Of a DNA stretch of 64,000 nucleotides, positions 11,301 through 21,863 are shown piece after piece. Both the position numbers and the translations under genes were made by a program. The DNA lies in NCBI GenBank assembly GCA_937625935.1, contig OW569350.1, forward strand, positions 558,001-622,000, written 5' to 3'. Under the pieces are notes generated by a model that saw only the letters and a program-made list of their open reading frames with translations, was not told where the DNA came from and searched no databases. The stretch is from Tetramitus jugosus. Taxonomy: Eukaryota > Protista > Heterolobosea. How positions within the stretch are numbered: position 1 is the stretch's first letter; every line of letters starts with the position of its first letter.

Positions 11301-12353
11301 AGGTTTACGAACAAGGAAGATTTATCAAAACTAATCAACCAGCCCCTAGAAAATGATACTGTCGGTGGGAGAAAGCCCAGAAATGCTGCATTACTTGCCT
11401 GGAGTCAATATTCCTTTGAGCGATTCTCTATACTCTGGTCGTTTATGAAGCCGTGTTCGTCACAGTTCGATTGTCCAGTTCAAATCGCCTTGGCAGAGAA
11501 GAAGTACTCATACGCCTTCTCTGCTGTCCAACAATTCGATATTATCCCATCCAAAGCTCAATTGCATCAGATGATTAGGAGCACCTTGGTTCAAGGAGCT
11601 GTTCACCAAACAAATGAGAGTAAGTTTGTTTCTCTTATGACTCAAACTGAAGAAGAGCAACCAACTCCATCATGGCTTCATTTGTTAATGCAAAACCCAT
11701 CTGAGGCAGTTGACTCCGAAGAACAGTGTGAGTTCAAGTCCTTGAGCACATTGCAACTTGTGGCGTCAGGGGTAGCGAGCTCCATATTCAACTGGTTAGT
11801 TCGCCACTACGGTGATGATCCAATGTTGAGTACTGCTGTCAAGGCTATTGACCCCCGCACAGGAAACACACTCTTGCACTTGCTGACAAGTGGTTCACAG
11901 AAACAAATCTCTGGGAAAGACTTATCCTCCATCCTCTACCCTATTGTTGATCAATTTAGAACGAAAGGAGTTGCACCAAAGCAAACAAAACAGATCAAGA
12001 CTAAGCCTCCCTCTCTTGATTACTTGAATACAAAAGAGTTGACAGAGTTCATCAATGCACAGAACAAGGGTGGTAGAACTTGTCTTCATAATGTCGCAGT
12101 GAACGATATTCAATCTGTTCTCCACGACCTGCTCGTTTATGGAGCTAATACAGAGATCAAGGATGTCTATGGTCAAACACCCTTGAAACTCATGGACAAT
12201 GATTCTGCGACCGCGGTTCAAAGGTTCTTGGAGATGCGAGATGGCAAAAAGCCTGAAAAGCAGAAGAGAAAGCTGAAACAGTCTTCCAACAGTGAAGAAG
12301 AAGTTGAGGAAACTGTCACTCGAAGAAAAAGAAGAAGAGTGACCAAAAAATAA
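8355..12353 (+). CDS. F-box + LRR-like + ankyrin-repeat protein
   Basis: F-box-like IPRDIFHSIMSFV...LRSVCSQW; ankyrin repeats DQDGNNILHSAC, GNLLHVAS, GNTLLHLL, GGRTCLHNVA, YGQTPL; basic NLS-like C-terminus; first ATG at 8355. Confidence 0.85.
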   Translation: MLSKAAAFGSKTKEEFRQNHDFPEVVGMLDDSDDEIEEIEEMDALMTGDDSTDEEVDDEICVAEMDDDEEESDDDTGSQTAENDARLNIIWKRDPEREGDNALGVFVIAGQTIPRDIFHSIMSFVPAYPFYFNLRSVCSQWLYEFQDEIFPKVTYLSLVDDGRPKYYFKDSGQLVQFKPLGAAGKGYRLRELGDETKYYDRAHIFTFLATVFPNVRHLRLGVGSCMRLGDFHDCVRTLVSKLTQLETVDVLGTRYSYFKRSDQVSLSEISLCIIAQSLPISTKTLNFIGVTLQGPLSMLKIFSEKGRSQTNMSALNRLTRNNPRPITVDVQHLSLPYIILCAQPSIDWTRIKEMYFHFEVLVVKSSRNSSTPIQAPVASHVDYLNYMSKKQGIFLSHIGKPMKVDTDETMEATIDIAVSEYPHFQPLLSLPETKKVALLATHTKLDTTFVCNNVSTAAKALEVLTDPERMKYPELVLDINRTFEQVRYPLPCTLLTILIQNCSNEAVISLIKTIVERHKPSMAVHGVQNYLLELIMNQPFSPLRSNMMRYLLSISPELIALGNSEGVINNDQKDLPLIQRFLSRHLTAECLKDLKYLVEAGASITQVDQDGNNILHSACKMVNMDIVKYILSICPESFMFERNRKGQTPIELIYPPNWCLNNSDINVQVQFLQEAAKLPCFSKQTLPSYQTSHGNLLHVASESSDIETIQWLLENGFDANALNEKGENALFYSKVSGRRKKPTGKQSAFVDDCAAELIKAGAKVDLENNEGGTLVISALRNKNYAVINMIIQKPSISSKPLAELLGPRAPQGLNALHFIVQKMIETTVARSFTDMDKKIGVYPVARHCALLCLEHYPEMLYERSEATEEDLKDISGVSPLQILLKASKGLLLLKDLSIKLSDIANKPVFSDSSKNKGDVAPIPVLYLALEVALDIPMFDKLMDCTNNVLVRDETQETKPNLLHIAAERDASLIKCILKHWKKRFTNKEDLSKLINQPLENDTVGGRKPRNAALLAWSQYSFERFSILWSFMKPCSSQFDCPVQIALAEKKYSYAFSAVQQFDIIPSKAQLHQMIRSTLVQGAVHQTNESKFVSLMTQTEEEQPTPSWLHLLMQNPSEAVDSEEQCEFKSLSTLQLVASGVASSIFNWLVRHYGDDPMLSTAVKAIDPRTGNTLLHLLTSGSQKQISGKDLSSILYPIVDQFRTKGVAPKQTKQIKTKPPSLDYLNTKELTEFINAQNKGGRTCLHNVAVNDIQSVLHDLLVYGANTEIKDVYGQTPLKLMDNDSATAVQRFLEMRDGKKPEKQKRKLKQSSNSEEEVEETVTRRKRRRVTKK

Positions 12354-12541
12354 GCGCTCAAACAGTGAATCGTAAAGGGGTATATTTTACTGGCCGATGA
12401 AATTTTTTCCCGCCATTTCTTTTACGTTCCATAAAACTCTGGAAAGCAAAGCTTTCCTCCCAGATGCACAAAACCCATCACACAAAATCACCATAACAAA
12501 AAACAAAAAAACCAACCAGATATCCAAACAACAACAACAAC

Positions 12542-13324
12542 ATGAAACGATCCTTTCACTCTGCCTTCCAACCTGTCATGTGCTTATCTGATGGATGTGA
12601 TTCATTCATCATGAGTCATCCAACAGTCTATTTTAACCACCACAGTACTACTCCATCAACAACAACAATGAGTACAACTCAAAACAATCATCATCATTTC
12701 AACAACCAACAATCATCATTTGATCAGCATCAAATGGTTGAGGACAATGAAAATGTTCCTCCTCCTCATCCACTTTACAAGAGAACAAAACTCTCATCCA
12801 AACCATCACATGTCATGACAAACAATGGATATTGTATCCGAAATTTTCATGTTGATCTGAACAAGAACAACAATAACAATAATAATAATAATAGCAACGA
12901 AACAACAAGAGTGGATTCGTGGGACTATAGCAATACGAGTCATGTTCAGCACTTGAACTTTTTGAAAACTTTTGCAAGCTCAAGTACTACTGCTGGTAGT
13001 AGCAGCAGTGGCAATGCGAGTCAATCGAGACAAAATATGAATAATAACTACAACAACAATACTATTGCTGATCAAATTCTCATGTACTTGACAGTTTGTA
13101 CAATGAATGGCAAGAAGATGATTGTTGCACTCAACAGGCAGGAAGCAACCGTGTATGATCTAAAGCAGAGCATTCTTCGGAAGATGAATATGGCACCTGA
13201 CAAGCAGATTTTGTTGTTTGAAGGCAGACCTCTGAATGATTTGTCACTCAACCTGTATCATCAATGTCATCTGAGAACGGGTCATGCGATCCAGATCATC
13301 AGCCCCATGAATTATCAGCCATGA
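12542..13324 (+). CDS. Low-complexity N-terminus plus C-terminal ubiquitin-like domain
   Basis: MYLTVCTMNGKK...TVYDLKQSI...APDKQILLFEGRPLND matches the ubiquitin fold; no C-terminal GG. Confidence 0.8.
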   Translation: MKRSFHSAFQPVMCLSDGCDSFIMSHPTVYFNHHSTTPSTTTMSTTQNNHHHFNNQQSSFDQHQMVEDNENVPPPHPLYKRTKLSSKPSHVMTNNGYCIRNFHVDLNKNNNNNNNNNSNETTRVDSWDYSNTSHVQHLNFLKTFASSSTTAGSSSSGNASQSRQNMNNNYNNNTIADQILMYLTVCTMNGKKMIVALNRQEATVYDLKQSILRKMNMAPDKQILLFEGRPLNDLSLNLYHQCHLRTGHAIQIISPMNYQP

Positions 13325-13383
13325 ACAAGTCAATAAAAAGGAAGACCAACAAGGCCCAAACTTAAGTGTCGTTAAAAACAAAT

Positions 13384-15144
13384 TTATTGTGAAACTTCGG
13401 AGATGAGTGGTTGACCCACTCTAACCTTTTGTCCACTCTTTACACAAAATTGCAGATCCATATCATCTGGTGCTTCAAAGATCAAGACAACAGTAGAACC
13501 AAGCTTAAACTTGGCCACTTCTTCTCCTCTCTGCACATTCATTCCACTGGGGAAGATACGGTCGTGAGTGTAAGTTCTATTTGGACAACGTTGCTCAAGA
13601 TCGGCATCTGGATTCTCTGGTACCTTTGGAACAAAGGATGAAATTCTGTGTGGCTTCTCATTCGTGACAACTTGTTGATCAAAATTGAGTTCAATACTGC
13701 CAACATTGTAGGCACCAACAGCTGACAATGAGAAGAAGTACTTTTCTTGTTGTTGGTCTAGTTCTTGATCAGAGACAGTCTTAGCATTCCATGTTCCCTC
13801 AATCACAACTCTCTCATTGACAGCAAACAGACCCTTAATGTGCTTCACAAACACAGGATTCACAGGCAACAAAGCACCAGGGAAGTGCTTTCTTCTGTTG
13901 ATTGTCCAATCAGCAGAACTGTGAATTCTGTGATAATCACCAGGTGCCAAATAAATGACACACTGGTACAAGCTAGTCTTCTTCTTAGTTGGTTGTTGTT
14001 GATCGTCGTCATACAAGTTGCTTCTCTTTCCCAAGAATGATCTGAATGAATAGTTCAATCCCTTGACGTGAGTAATGACTGGTTCGTTCAGCTTTTCACG
14101 ACCATTCTCAACTCTTGTGCAGCTATATACAGTTCCATCGACTGGAGAAACCAATGGAATGGTTGGATGAACAGGTCTCATATCATCCTTCAATGGTCTA
14201 GAGAAGAAATCACCTAGGCAACGATAGGACTTTAGTGGATATCTCATCTCATCCAAATTACACTTGAAGGCAATGGTCCATGCCATGTACATTGGTTCTC
14301 TGGCCCAGACAGGGAGTGTAATGTGATGGAATTTTCCCCAAATGTAAGAAGCAATGTTCCAAGGCAACAAATAGAGCAACCTTTCATGAGTAATGTCAGA
14401 GGAAAAGCTCTCAGTCTCTTGTTCCTTTGTCTTCATCTTGGATATAGTAGCAGTGCTATTGCTACTACTACTACCACTCTCTCTTGTCAAATAGTAGACC
14501 ATGGGAGTCAACAGAGAAGCCAATGTCATGGTAGAGCTAAGCACAACTGTGGAGGAACCAGTCAAAAAGTACAACACGGCTGCCATCATTGTACAAATCA
14601 TGACAATCAACAAGCCACAAGTCATCCATCTGTTTGCACTTCTTGTCTCGTTATTACTAGGTTTGCTATCATTGATCAAGTCATCCTCTTCATGGTTGAT
14701 TTTGTTGTGCGCTCGTCTGTCGGATTTCACCGTAGTGGATGTCGGAGTATTAGCTGAGGCACCCCTGATGCGATGAACACAAATTTCACTATTGAGCTGA
14801 GACATGATGACCTTTAGATTTTTCAAGCTCTCATCAACCATTGTCTGACACTCATCAGACAATTGACTCACATGCTTTTTCCATTTTTTTACAATTTTTT
14901 CAGTGCTCGTCACATTGAGATAACAATATTGATGAATGTGATGCAATTGCTCAGTAGTTGATTGTTGTTCATTCATCATCTTGACACTGTTGAACACGAG
15001 AGACAATTGTTCAGTGAGTGAACACTCAAACTGTGCACTACTGTCCTTGGTGACGAGTGACTTTAGAGATTTGTAGTTGATGTAGGGTCTGAGGGACAAG
15101 TCTTCTTCACTGACATTGCGCCTCCAAAATTTATTCCACTTCAT
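13384..15144 (-). CDS. Phosphatidylserine decarboxylase with an N-terminal SPX-like domain and a TM segment
   Basis: PSD motifs FFSRPLK, SPVDG, YLAPGDYHRIHS, NERV, VGAYNVGSI and the autocleavage motif FKLGSTVVL. N-terminal MKW..YINYKSLK and LNVTSTEKIVKKWKK resemble SPX motifs. Confidence 0.92.
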   Translation of the reverse strand: MKWNKFWRRNVSEEDLSLRPYINYKSLKSLVTKDSSAQFECSLTEQLSLVFNSVKMMNEQQSTTEQLHHIHQYCYLNVTSTEKIVKKWKKHVSQLSDECQTMVDESLKNLKVIMSQLNSEICVHRIRGASANTPTSTTVKSDRRAHNKINHEEDDLINDSKPSNNETRSANRWMTCGLLIVMICTMMAAVLYFLTGSSTVVLSSTMTLASLLTPMVYYLTRESGSSSSNSTATISKMKTKEQETESFSSDITHERLLYLLPWNIASYIWGKFHHITLPVWAREPMYMAWTIAFKCNLDEMRYPLKSYRCLGDFFSRPLKDDMRPVHPTIPLVSPVDGTVYSCTRVENGREKLNEPVITHVKGLNYSFRSFLGKRSNLYDDDQQQPTKKKTSLYQCVIYLAPGDYHRIHSSADWTINRRKHFPGALLPVNPVFVKHIKGLFAVNERVVIEGTWNAKTVSDQELDQQQEKYFFSLSAVGAYNVGSIELNFDQQVVTNEKPHRISSFVPKVPENPDADLEQRCPNRTYTHDRIFPSGMNVQRGEEVAKFKLGSTVVLIFEAPDDMDLQFCVKSGQKVRVGQPLISEVSQ

Positions 15145-15658
15145 AATGTTGTTGTTCGTGTTTTTTTGTGTGTTGGATATTTTGATTTTCGAAAAAAAGA
15201 TTATGAAAGGAAATGATGCACAGTATTATTAACCAATTAAAAGTGGTGGTTGAAAGATGACTGGCTCGAGCTGGTGACTATTACAGGTTATGGCGTCGTG
15301 GAGAGATTTCAAAGAAAAACTTCTCGGTGTGTAATATTCGCTTTTTTGTGTTGGTTGGCACGAGAAAAAAAGAATTTCGGGTCGATTTTTGTGTTTTGGT
15401 GTTTGTAGGGGTTTTTTTGAGTTATTTTGTAAAGTTGGCGACATTGTCGGCTGTAATCTGCGGAGTGAAATTTCTCTGTCCGCAAAAGATATCCGACGTT
15501 CAATTCTCCTTTTTCACGACATGGCGAACAAGCACAATTCTCCAAAGAACCAATCAACTTGAAAAGATCGCTGCCAGCAAAGCAAACAATCTCAAAAACA
15601 ACAAACAACAAACAAACACATAAAGTATCTATTTTAGAACAATCATCACCATCGTACC

Positions 15659-16519
15659 ATGACAGAATATCCTTTTGACATCTCAAGGGCACGTGAAACT
15701 GCAATCGAAGCCGCACTAGAAGCAGGAAAGCTCATTTGCTCAGCACTTTTGAACCATACTGAGCAAACGATGAAGACAAAGTCTACTACGACAGATTTGG
15801 TCACAGAAACTGATGAAATGTGTGACCGTGTCATTATTGAGCGATTGAAGCGGGATTTTCCAGAGTTTGACATCATATCGGAAGAAACATATAACACCGC
15901 ATCGGAGTTGAGTGAAAAGCCGACTTGGGTCATTGACCCCATTGATGGAACAACCAATTTTGTTCACAGAAATCCCGCTGTAGCTGTGTCGATTGGACTG
16001 ACGTATGCAAAGCAATGCGTGTTGGGTGTGATTGTGTTGCCAATGATGAAAGAGACCTATGTAGCAATCAAGGGACAAGGAGCTTTCAAGACTGATATCC
16101 ATCATGATCAACCATTCCAAATTTCTGTGAGCTCGAATCGCACATTGGACACGAGTCTACTGAGCAGCAACTTTCCTTATGCGAGAGGCAATGAATCACT
16201 GGATCCTGTTCACTCACGGTACAATGCACTGCTCAAGAGTGGTGTAAGAGGTATTAGAGGCTCTGGCAGTGCTTGTGTCAATCTTGTTCAAGTGGCTTGT
16301 GGTGCCTTGGAAGGATACTTTGAAAATGGTTTGCAGAGTTGGGATATGGCAGCAGGAAAGGTGATTGTGGAAGAGGCTGGAGGTGTTGTTTTGGATGTTG
16401 ATGCTTCACCAATCGATATCATGAAGAGAAGAATCTTGGCATGCAACAGTATGGAGCTGGCAACGCAAATCAGTCAAGTGCTCGTTCAATCCGATCAAAA
16501 ATTTGCCACAAACTTGTAA
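15659..16519 (+). CDS. Inositol monophosphatase (IMPA/SuhB family)
   Basis: DLVTETD, ISEE, WVIDPIDGTTNF, GSAC and WDMAAG signatures. Confidence 0.95.
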   Translation: MTEYPFDISRARETAIEAALEAGKLICSALLNHTEQTMKTKSTTTDLVTETDEMCDRVIIERLKRDFPEFDIISEETYNTASELSEKPTWVIDPIDGTTNFVHRNPAVAVSIGLTYAKQCVLGVIVLPMMKETYVAIKGQGAFKTDIHHDQPFQISVSSNRTLDTSLLSSNFPYARGNESLDPVHSRYNALLKSGVRGIRGSGSACVNLVQVACGALEGYFENGLQSWDMAAGKVIVEEAGGVVLDVDASPIDIMKRRILACNSMELATQISQVLVQSDQKFATNL

Positions 16520-16554
16520 TAAATGAAAAGTATTTCACACAAAAACAATTCGAT

Positions 16555-18508
16555 TTATAGTACAGTTGTTTGTCGTTTGTGAGTAGCCTCTTGCTCTTCA
16601 TATTGATTCAATCTTCTCAGTAATAGACCATTGGCTTCGCTGAGAACGTTGCAGCGTTTCTCAGATTCGTGTAACTTTTGTGTCAGCTCGAATGTTATCT
16701 TTCGTTCTTGTTGTTCAAGTTTGCTATTGTCAAGATTGAGCTGTTGTATTCTTGTCTTCAAGTCTTCAACTTCTTGGATGTGGGGAGGTATTGGGACTCT
16801 CGCTAACTGATGGTGATTCGTGTGTACTTGGAGTCTCCTGTTCTCTGACTCCAGTTTGAGTAGTTGTCGATCTTTATCTGCCAACTGATTCCTCAAGAGC
16901 TCTAAATCTTTTGATAAATCGTTCTTCTTGTAGTGATCAATACTTGTTTGGTATTGGGACAATTTTTCTTCCAATTCTAGCTTTTCTCTTTCAAGTGAAG
17001 TCACACGGGTAGTTACTCTCTTCAGCATTGCTTTTTCTTCTTCGATTTGCTTTGTTAATCCTTGTCTCTGAGCTCCATGCTCTGATAATTGCTTCTTTGA
17101 CTCTTCGTGCATCTTTTCGTACACTGCAATCCTTTTCTCCATTTCTGAAACTTTTGAGGAATTTTGGTTAACTAGCGTCTTCAATTGATCAGCCTCTAGG
17201 GACATGTTAGAATTTTGGTTTTGGGATTGTGACACGGTTTTTCTCAACTCTTCTTGCAGCTTATTGAGCTCTTTCTCTTGTGTGGATATTTGGGATGCAT
17301 ATCTCTTGTTCGCTTCCTTCTCCTTTGTTAAGAAAGTGTGAAGTTTTTCGTTGCGCTCCCGTATTCCTTCAATCTCTTCGACTTGCTGTTGCAGTAACTT
17401 TCTAGTATCCATTTCATATTTCAACTTTTTCTTTAATCGTACAACTTCTGCCATCGTCACATTTTCAACTGGAGTTGATTGAGACGGAGAAGAAGTTGCA
17501 GAAGAAGCTGCCTGTGATTCCAATAATTCATATTTTCGCTTCATTTCTGCAAGTTCGTTCACCAGTTTAATATTCATTCTATGAGTCAGCTCATTATCTC
17601 CCTCTGAAACTGCTGGGACTCTCTCTTGTTCTTTCAAAGGTTGTTCTTTTTCTCTCTTTCTTTGTTTCGGCTCAGACTGTTTTAGTGCTGTTTGAAGTTC
17701 TGATATCATCTTATCTTTCCTTCTCGAGTCAGATTCTATTCTATCTAGCATAATCTTTGTTGCGTCCAACTTTTCCTGGGTAGCATTTACTTTAGTTTTA
17801 AATATCTCTATACTCTTCTTGTGATCCTCTCGTTGTTGGGTTAGAGTCGAAAGTCTCCTTTGTAATTGGGAGATTGTTTTCAACGCATCGGCGTTCGCTT
17901 TACTCAGTATTTCGTATGCGTTTCGTATGGCACTGTTTGTACTAATGTTAGAGGCTGTTATGTCAAACAAACTAGTCGATACTTCTGCTTTTAGCATCTC
18001 TAAACTCGTATAGTGTTTGGTCGGAGAGGATCTTGCATTCTCCTAACAACTTTGCGTGAATATCGAGGTAAGAATGGGAACATAGGTGCAGTGAGTTACT
18101 TACAGAATTATCCCATCCTTTTTCCTTGGATCGATGCAAGTCGGTTTTTACATCTTTTACCTCCTTAAACTTCTGATGGTGAGTAAACAAACAATATTTA
18201 TCATTCTTTGCGTCATAAGGTGGTAATGGATTCTCCGTTGCTATGATTCTAGAATTCCATTCAGGATTCTTTGTCCTAGTCGCTTTTGAGGTGTGATTGT
18301 CCTGAACAGAGCGAGATCGCTGCCTAGAGAACGACTTTATTCTGTCCTTGTCCGATTTCGATCTCTTCTTACTCGATGAGAAGCGCTTGGTGTTCTCAAC
18401 AACAAAGGAGGAACGAGCTCGTTTGTTTTCTGATACCCAAGAGGCAAAGTCTTCGGTGTCATCCTCATCTGAAAAGTAGTTGTTTGTCTCTAGCAATGCA
18501 TTCGTCAT
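16555..18508 (-). CDS. Long coiled-coil protein, two exons (18104-18508, 16555-18042; intron 18043-18103)
   Basis: A 61-nt GTAAGT...TTAG intron joins the 178-aa and 480-aa ORFs in frame (WDNS|ENARSS...LEMLKAE); extensive heptad repeats. Confidence 0.72.
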
Positions 18509-18617
18509 TTATCCTCTGTACGCTGCTGAGCACATTACCTTCTCAACTCTTTGAACAAATATTTGTCGACGTAAAATTGGTTTCTCCTCCAGTAGAGCAT
18601 TATGGTACAATTGGTTT

Positions 18618-20444
18618 TTATTCGTCATCGGCCAACACACTAAAAGGATTTTGATTGCCTGTTGAAGCGAGTTCCTGCTCATCCTCGTCCTCATCATCTT
18701 CTTCATCCTCGTTGGTTTCTTCATCGGCTTCTTCCCCGTCACTATCAATCTCATATGTTTCTTCGTTGTCACTGTCTTTATAATAGTCGGCTGACATTGC
18801 TTCTTCCATGTCCAGTCGTTGATGTTGTTGTTCAATTTCCAGCAAATCAATCTCATCTGTCTCTACCTTCCTCTCAGGTAATCGGCCGGCTGGAGGATCG
18901 AATGCAAGAAGCACTGGGAAGCCATAAAGTGTTTCTCTGAGAATCTCATTGGCAGCACGGTAAACATCAGGTCTAGCCATTCTTGTGGTAACGTAGCCTC
19001 TCTTCAACGCATACGCAACACAAATGCCCCAAGCACTCCATTCTTCAAATCCTTCGTCCTTTGGCAGTTGTAGCTTGTATATCTTTTCGAGAGCAACTCG
19101 CTCAGCCAAGTACTGGATTGCTGAGTATGGTTCTCTCACTTGTGCAATTGGGAAAATACCACAGAGTACCTGCAAAGATTTTGGCATGTCAGTTGCAGGG
19201 AACACTAAGCCAGGAGAGTCACACAATCGAATGTGCTTTCCGACAAAGTATGTCTGGAAGTGCTTGGTATGTCCAGGTGTGTAACTGGCACTGACAACAG
19301 TCTTTCCGACCAATCCATTCAACAGACAGCTCTTGCCCGTGTTTGGATGACCAATTAATCCAAGTGTAATCACGTTTTCACCAGTCTTCTTCAGTCTTTC
19401 AAGTTGTTCCTTTTCATTCTTCTTTGTGACCAACTCCGATTGTTGTTCATCCTCATCTTCTTCGTCACTTTCACTTTCATAGACACCAGATCCCGTTGCC
19501 TCCTTTAGCTTTTCATTGGCTCGATCAATCAACTCCTTCCAATACTGTGGCACGTTTGGCTTGCCTGGAATCTCAATATCCTTGCACGCACTCCAAATCT
19601 TGTGCACCAAATGATAATCCACTTGCTTTTTCCTTCGTCGAGTCTTCTTCTCCTTCTCGTCATGCACAGCAGAAGTATACGTAGAGAACGCAACAACCTT
19701 CAACAATGGATAGTGCTCTGAAAAGTACTGAATCCATTTCTGAGTCTGTTCCTCACCAACCAAATCACACTTGTTCAACACAAACACCAACGGTTTCTTG
19801 TGATACTCTGTCACATAGCGGTACAATGACTGAGGAAAGTGAAACAATGGATGACGAATGTCAGCCACCAACAAACAAATATCAGACAACTCAATCACTC
19901 TCCACAATTGTCTCCAAACGTTCAAATTGTGTTCAAAATGATTCAAGTGCAACCTCGAATACTTTTTGTAAATATTTTCCAAGTACTTGTTAAAATAAAT
20001 TTCTTCTCGTTTTTCGAGCATGGTCGAATCCATGTCTCTGTTCCACTCTGGTCTCACAGGCATGTCCAACGACGTGTATTCAATCTCACCAGTCAAACTC
20101 TCCTTGTTGTCTTCCGATGGACTTGTTCTCTTGAGAGGCAACCTAGACTGACGAATTCGTTCATCAATCAAGTCTTGTGATTCCTTTTCGAAAAACGTTC
20201 GCAATTTACTCTTCTTGTCCGTCACAGATGAAATCATGTTACTACCACTGCTGCCAACATTAGCAGATGATGCACTTGTTGTATCATTTGGATCCTTTTT
20301 GATAATGGTAGTTGTGGTAGCTGTGGGTCTGTACTCTGGTTCATTCCAATCCCATTCACCAGTGTTTTTGGCGCGTTTTTTTTCTCGTTTTTCTTGTAGT
20401 TGCTTCTTTTTACTTGCGTTTCCAAATGGTTTTTTTCTGGTCAT
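18618..20444 (-). CDS. GNL1: Circularly permuted GTPase of the GNL1/Lsg1 (HSR1) family
   Basis: FEHNLNVWRQLWRV, G4 NKCD before G1 GHPNTGKS, G2 TPGHTKHFQT, G3 DSPGL, PDVYRAA. Confidence 0.88.
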   Translation of the reverse strand: MTRKKPFGNASKKKQLQEKREKKRAKNTGEWDWNEPEYRPTATTTTIIKKDPNDTTSASSANVGSSGSNMISSVTDKKSKLRTFFEKESQDLIDERIRQSRLPLKRTSPSEDNKESLTGEIEYTSLDMPVRPEWNRDMDSTMLEKREEIYFNKYLENIYKKYSRLHLNHFEHNLNVWRQLWRVIELSDICLLVADIRHPLFHFPQSLYRYVTEYHKKPLVFVLNKCDLVGEEQTQKWIQYFSEHYPLLKVVAFSTYTSAVHDEKEKKTRRRKKQVDYHLVHKIWSACKDIEIPGKPNVPQYWKELIDRANEKLKEATGSGVYESESDEEDEDEQQSELVTKKNEKEQLERLKKTGENVITLGLIGHPNTGKSCLLNGLVGKTVVSASYTPGHTKHFQTYFVGKHIRLCDSPGLVFPATDMPKSLQVLCGIFPIAQVREPYSAIQYLAERVALEKIYKLQLPKDEGFEEWSAWGICVAYALKRGYVTTRMARPDVYRAANEILRETLYGFPVLLAFDPPAGRLPERKVETDEIDLLEIEQQHQRLDMEEAMSADYYKDSDNEETYEIDSDGEEADEETNEDEEDDEDEDEQELASTGNQNPFSVLADDE

Positions 20445-20675
20445 GTTGTTTTTTTGATTTTTTGGTTATGTACAATATGTTGTAGTGATCGATCTGCTTT
20501 TTTGTTTTCTTTGTTGTTGTTCTCTCGGGTGTGATCACAAGGGATTTTTTTTCTTCTTGTTTGATCTCGCGCCTTCAATGATTTGCATGAAAGTTGTTCA
20601 TGGACAGGATTTTCGAGATTGAAGTTCAGGCTATCGATAAAAAAAGAAGATGAGTAACTTATTCGATTGAGGAAA

Positions 20676-21755
20676 ATGTGGTGCACATCTGATGATGAAT
20701 TTTATTGCATTTTATTGTTCTGTCCATTGACTCAGTTGGCTCAATTGAGATTGGTATGTCAAGAGTGGAATGGAATCATTTCACATGGACTTCATTCCAA
20801 TGCCATCTGGAAGCCATTTTATCAAAAGATGATTGCCTGTGCTGCACAAACTGCACAACAGCCAACAAATGATGATAATGGTGATGATGGTGATGGAGAA
20901 GAAGAAGAAAAGTGTTGCAATGAGGGAAATGAAGAAAACAAGCAAGAAGAAGAGAAAGAACAACAGTTGAAGATGAGTCATTACTTTAACATGTTTTATC
21001 GATTGATGAATGAGCTTCCTGTTCTATTGGACGAAACACTCATTGATCAGAAAGCCAAAGATACATTTCATTCGATTGAGAAAAGTGAATGGAAAGTGAG
21101 TTCGTATTACATTGATGATGAACTTAGGGGAGTTCGTGTCAAGATGTTCAAGGTGAACGATGCAATGAAGAAGAGTGGAGAGTTAATGGGTGAAGAAATG
21201 CATCGCGTTTGTGTGATTCGAAGTCTCTTGTGTGAAAATGAACACAATGTGTTGTTGAGTGATGATATTCAGATAGGGTACAAAAGAGACTTTACAGAAA
21301 TACCGCTCTATCGTCTGTGTCATGCTACATTGCACTCCAAGCTTCCACGACACTCGTTTGTGCCAACCAAGAAAAAGAATTATTTGGATGAAGATTACGA
21401 GTATGAAGAAGTTGGAATCTCTCCGAGTATGGGCTCGAACATTGACGAGATGGTGCCATTTGTTCACCAGGATAAAATCTCTGAATCTGGCGAGCATATG
21501 GAAAGTGGGAAAATTGAAGAATATTTGAGTCAACTCTTTTATACTGTATTGCCTTGGGATGACTCGAACTTTATTTCAAAGAGTGATGTTACAGAGTTGT
21601 TCAGGTACAAGACGGAGGATGAATATGGATTTGCACCCAGATTCTTCAATGCATCTATGCGGTGGTATCACCTTCTCAAGATTACGACACTCTATTGCCC
21701 GCGAATTTCCACCATCGCGGTGGTAATGATGCTTCGGCATGAAACAGTTTGGTAA
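20676..21755 (+). CDS. F-box protein (paralog A)
   Basis: N-terminal SDDEFYCILLFCPLTQLAQLRLVCQEWN F-box; near-identical to 33676-34731. Confidence 0.8.
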   Translation: MWCTSDDEFYCILLFCPLTQLAQLRLVCQEWNGIISHGLHSNAIWKPFYQKMIACAAQTAQQPTNDDNGDDGDGEEEEKCCNEGNEENKQEEEKEQQLKMSHYFNMFYRLMNELPVLLDETLIDQKAKDTFHSIEKSEWKVSSYYIDDELRGVRVKMFKVNDAMKKSGELMGEEMHRVCVIRSLLCENEHNVLLSDDIQIGYKRDFTEIPLYRLCHATLHSKLPRHSFVPTKKKNYLDEDYEYEEVGISPSMGSNIDEMVPFVHQDKISESGEHMESGKIEEYLSQLFYTVLPWDDSNFISKSDVTELFRYKTEDEYGFAPRFFNASMRWYHLLKITTLYCPRISTIAVVMMLRHETVW

Positions 21756-21863
21756 GCATGTAAAAACATTAACAGAAGTTAAATCTTCAGAGAAATTCAT
21801 AAACATTCCACCAATTTGGCGGATTCTTACATTGTATTCTTTACTTTGGTTTATGTGCGACAA

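Noticed and set aside
15309-15716. ORFs of 98-135 aa in the PSD/IMPase intergenic region
   Set aside because: Non-ATG or shadow starts, promoter-like composition and no recognisable domain.
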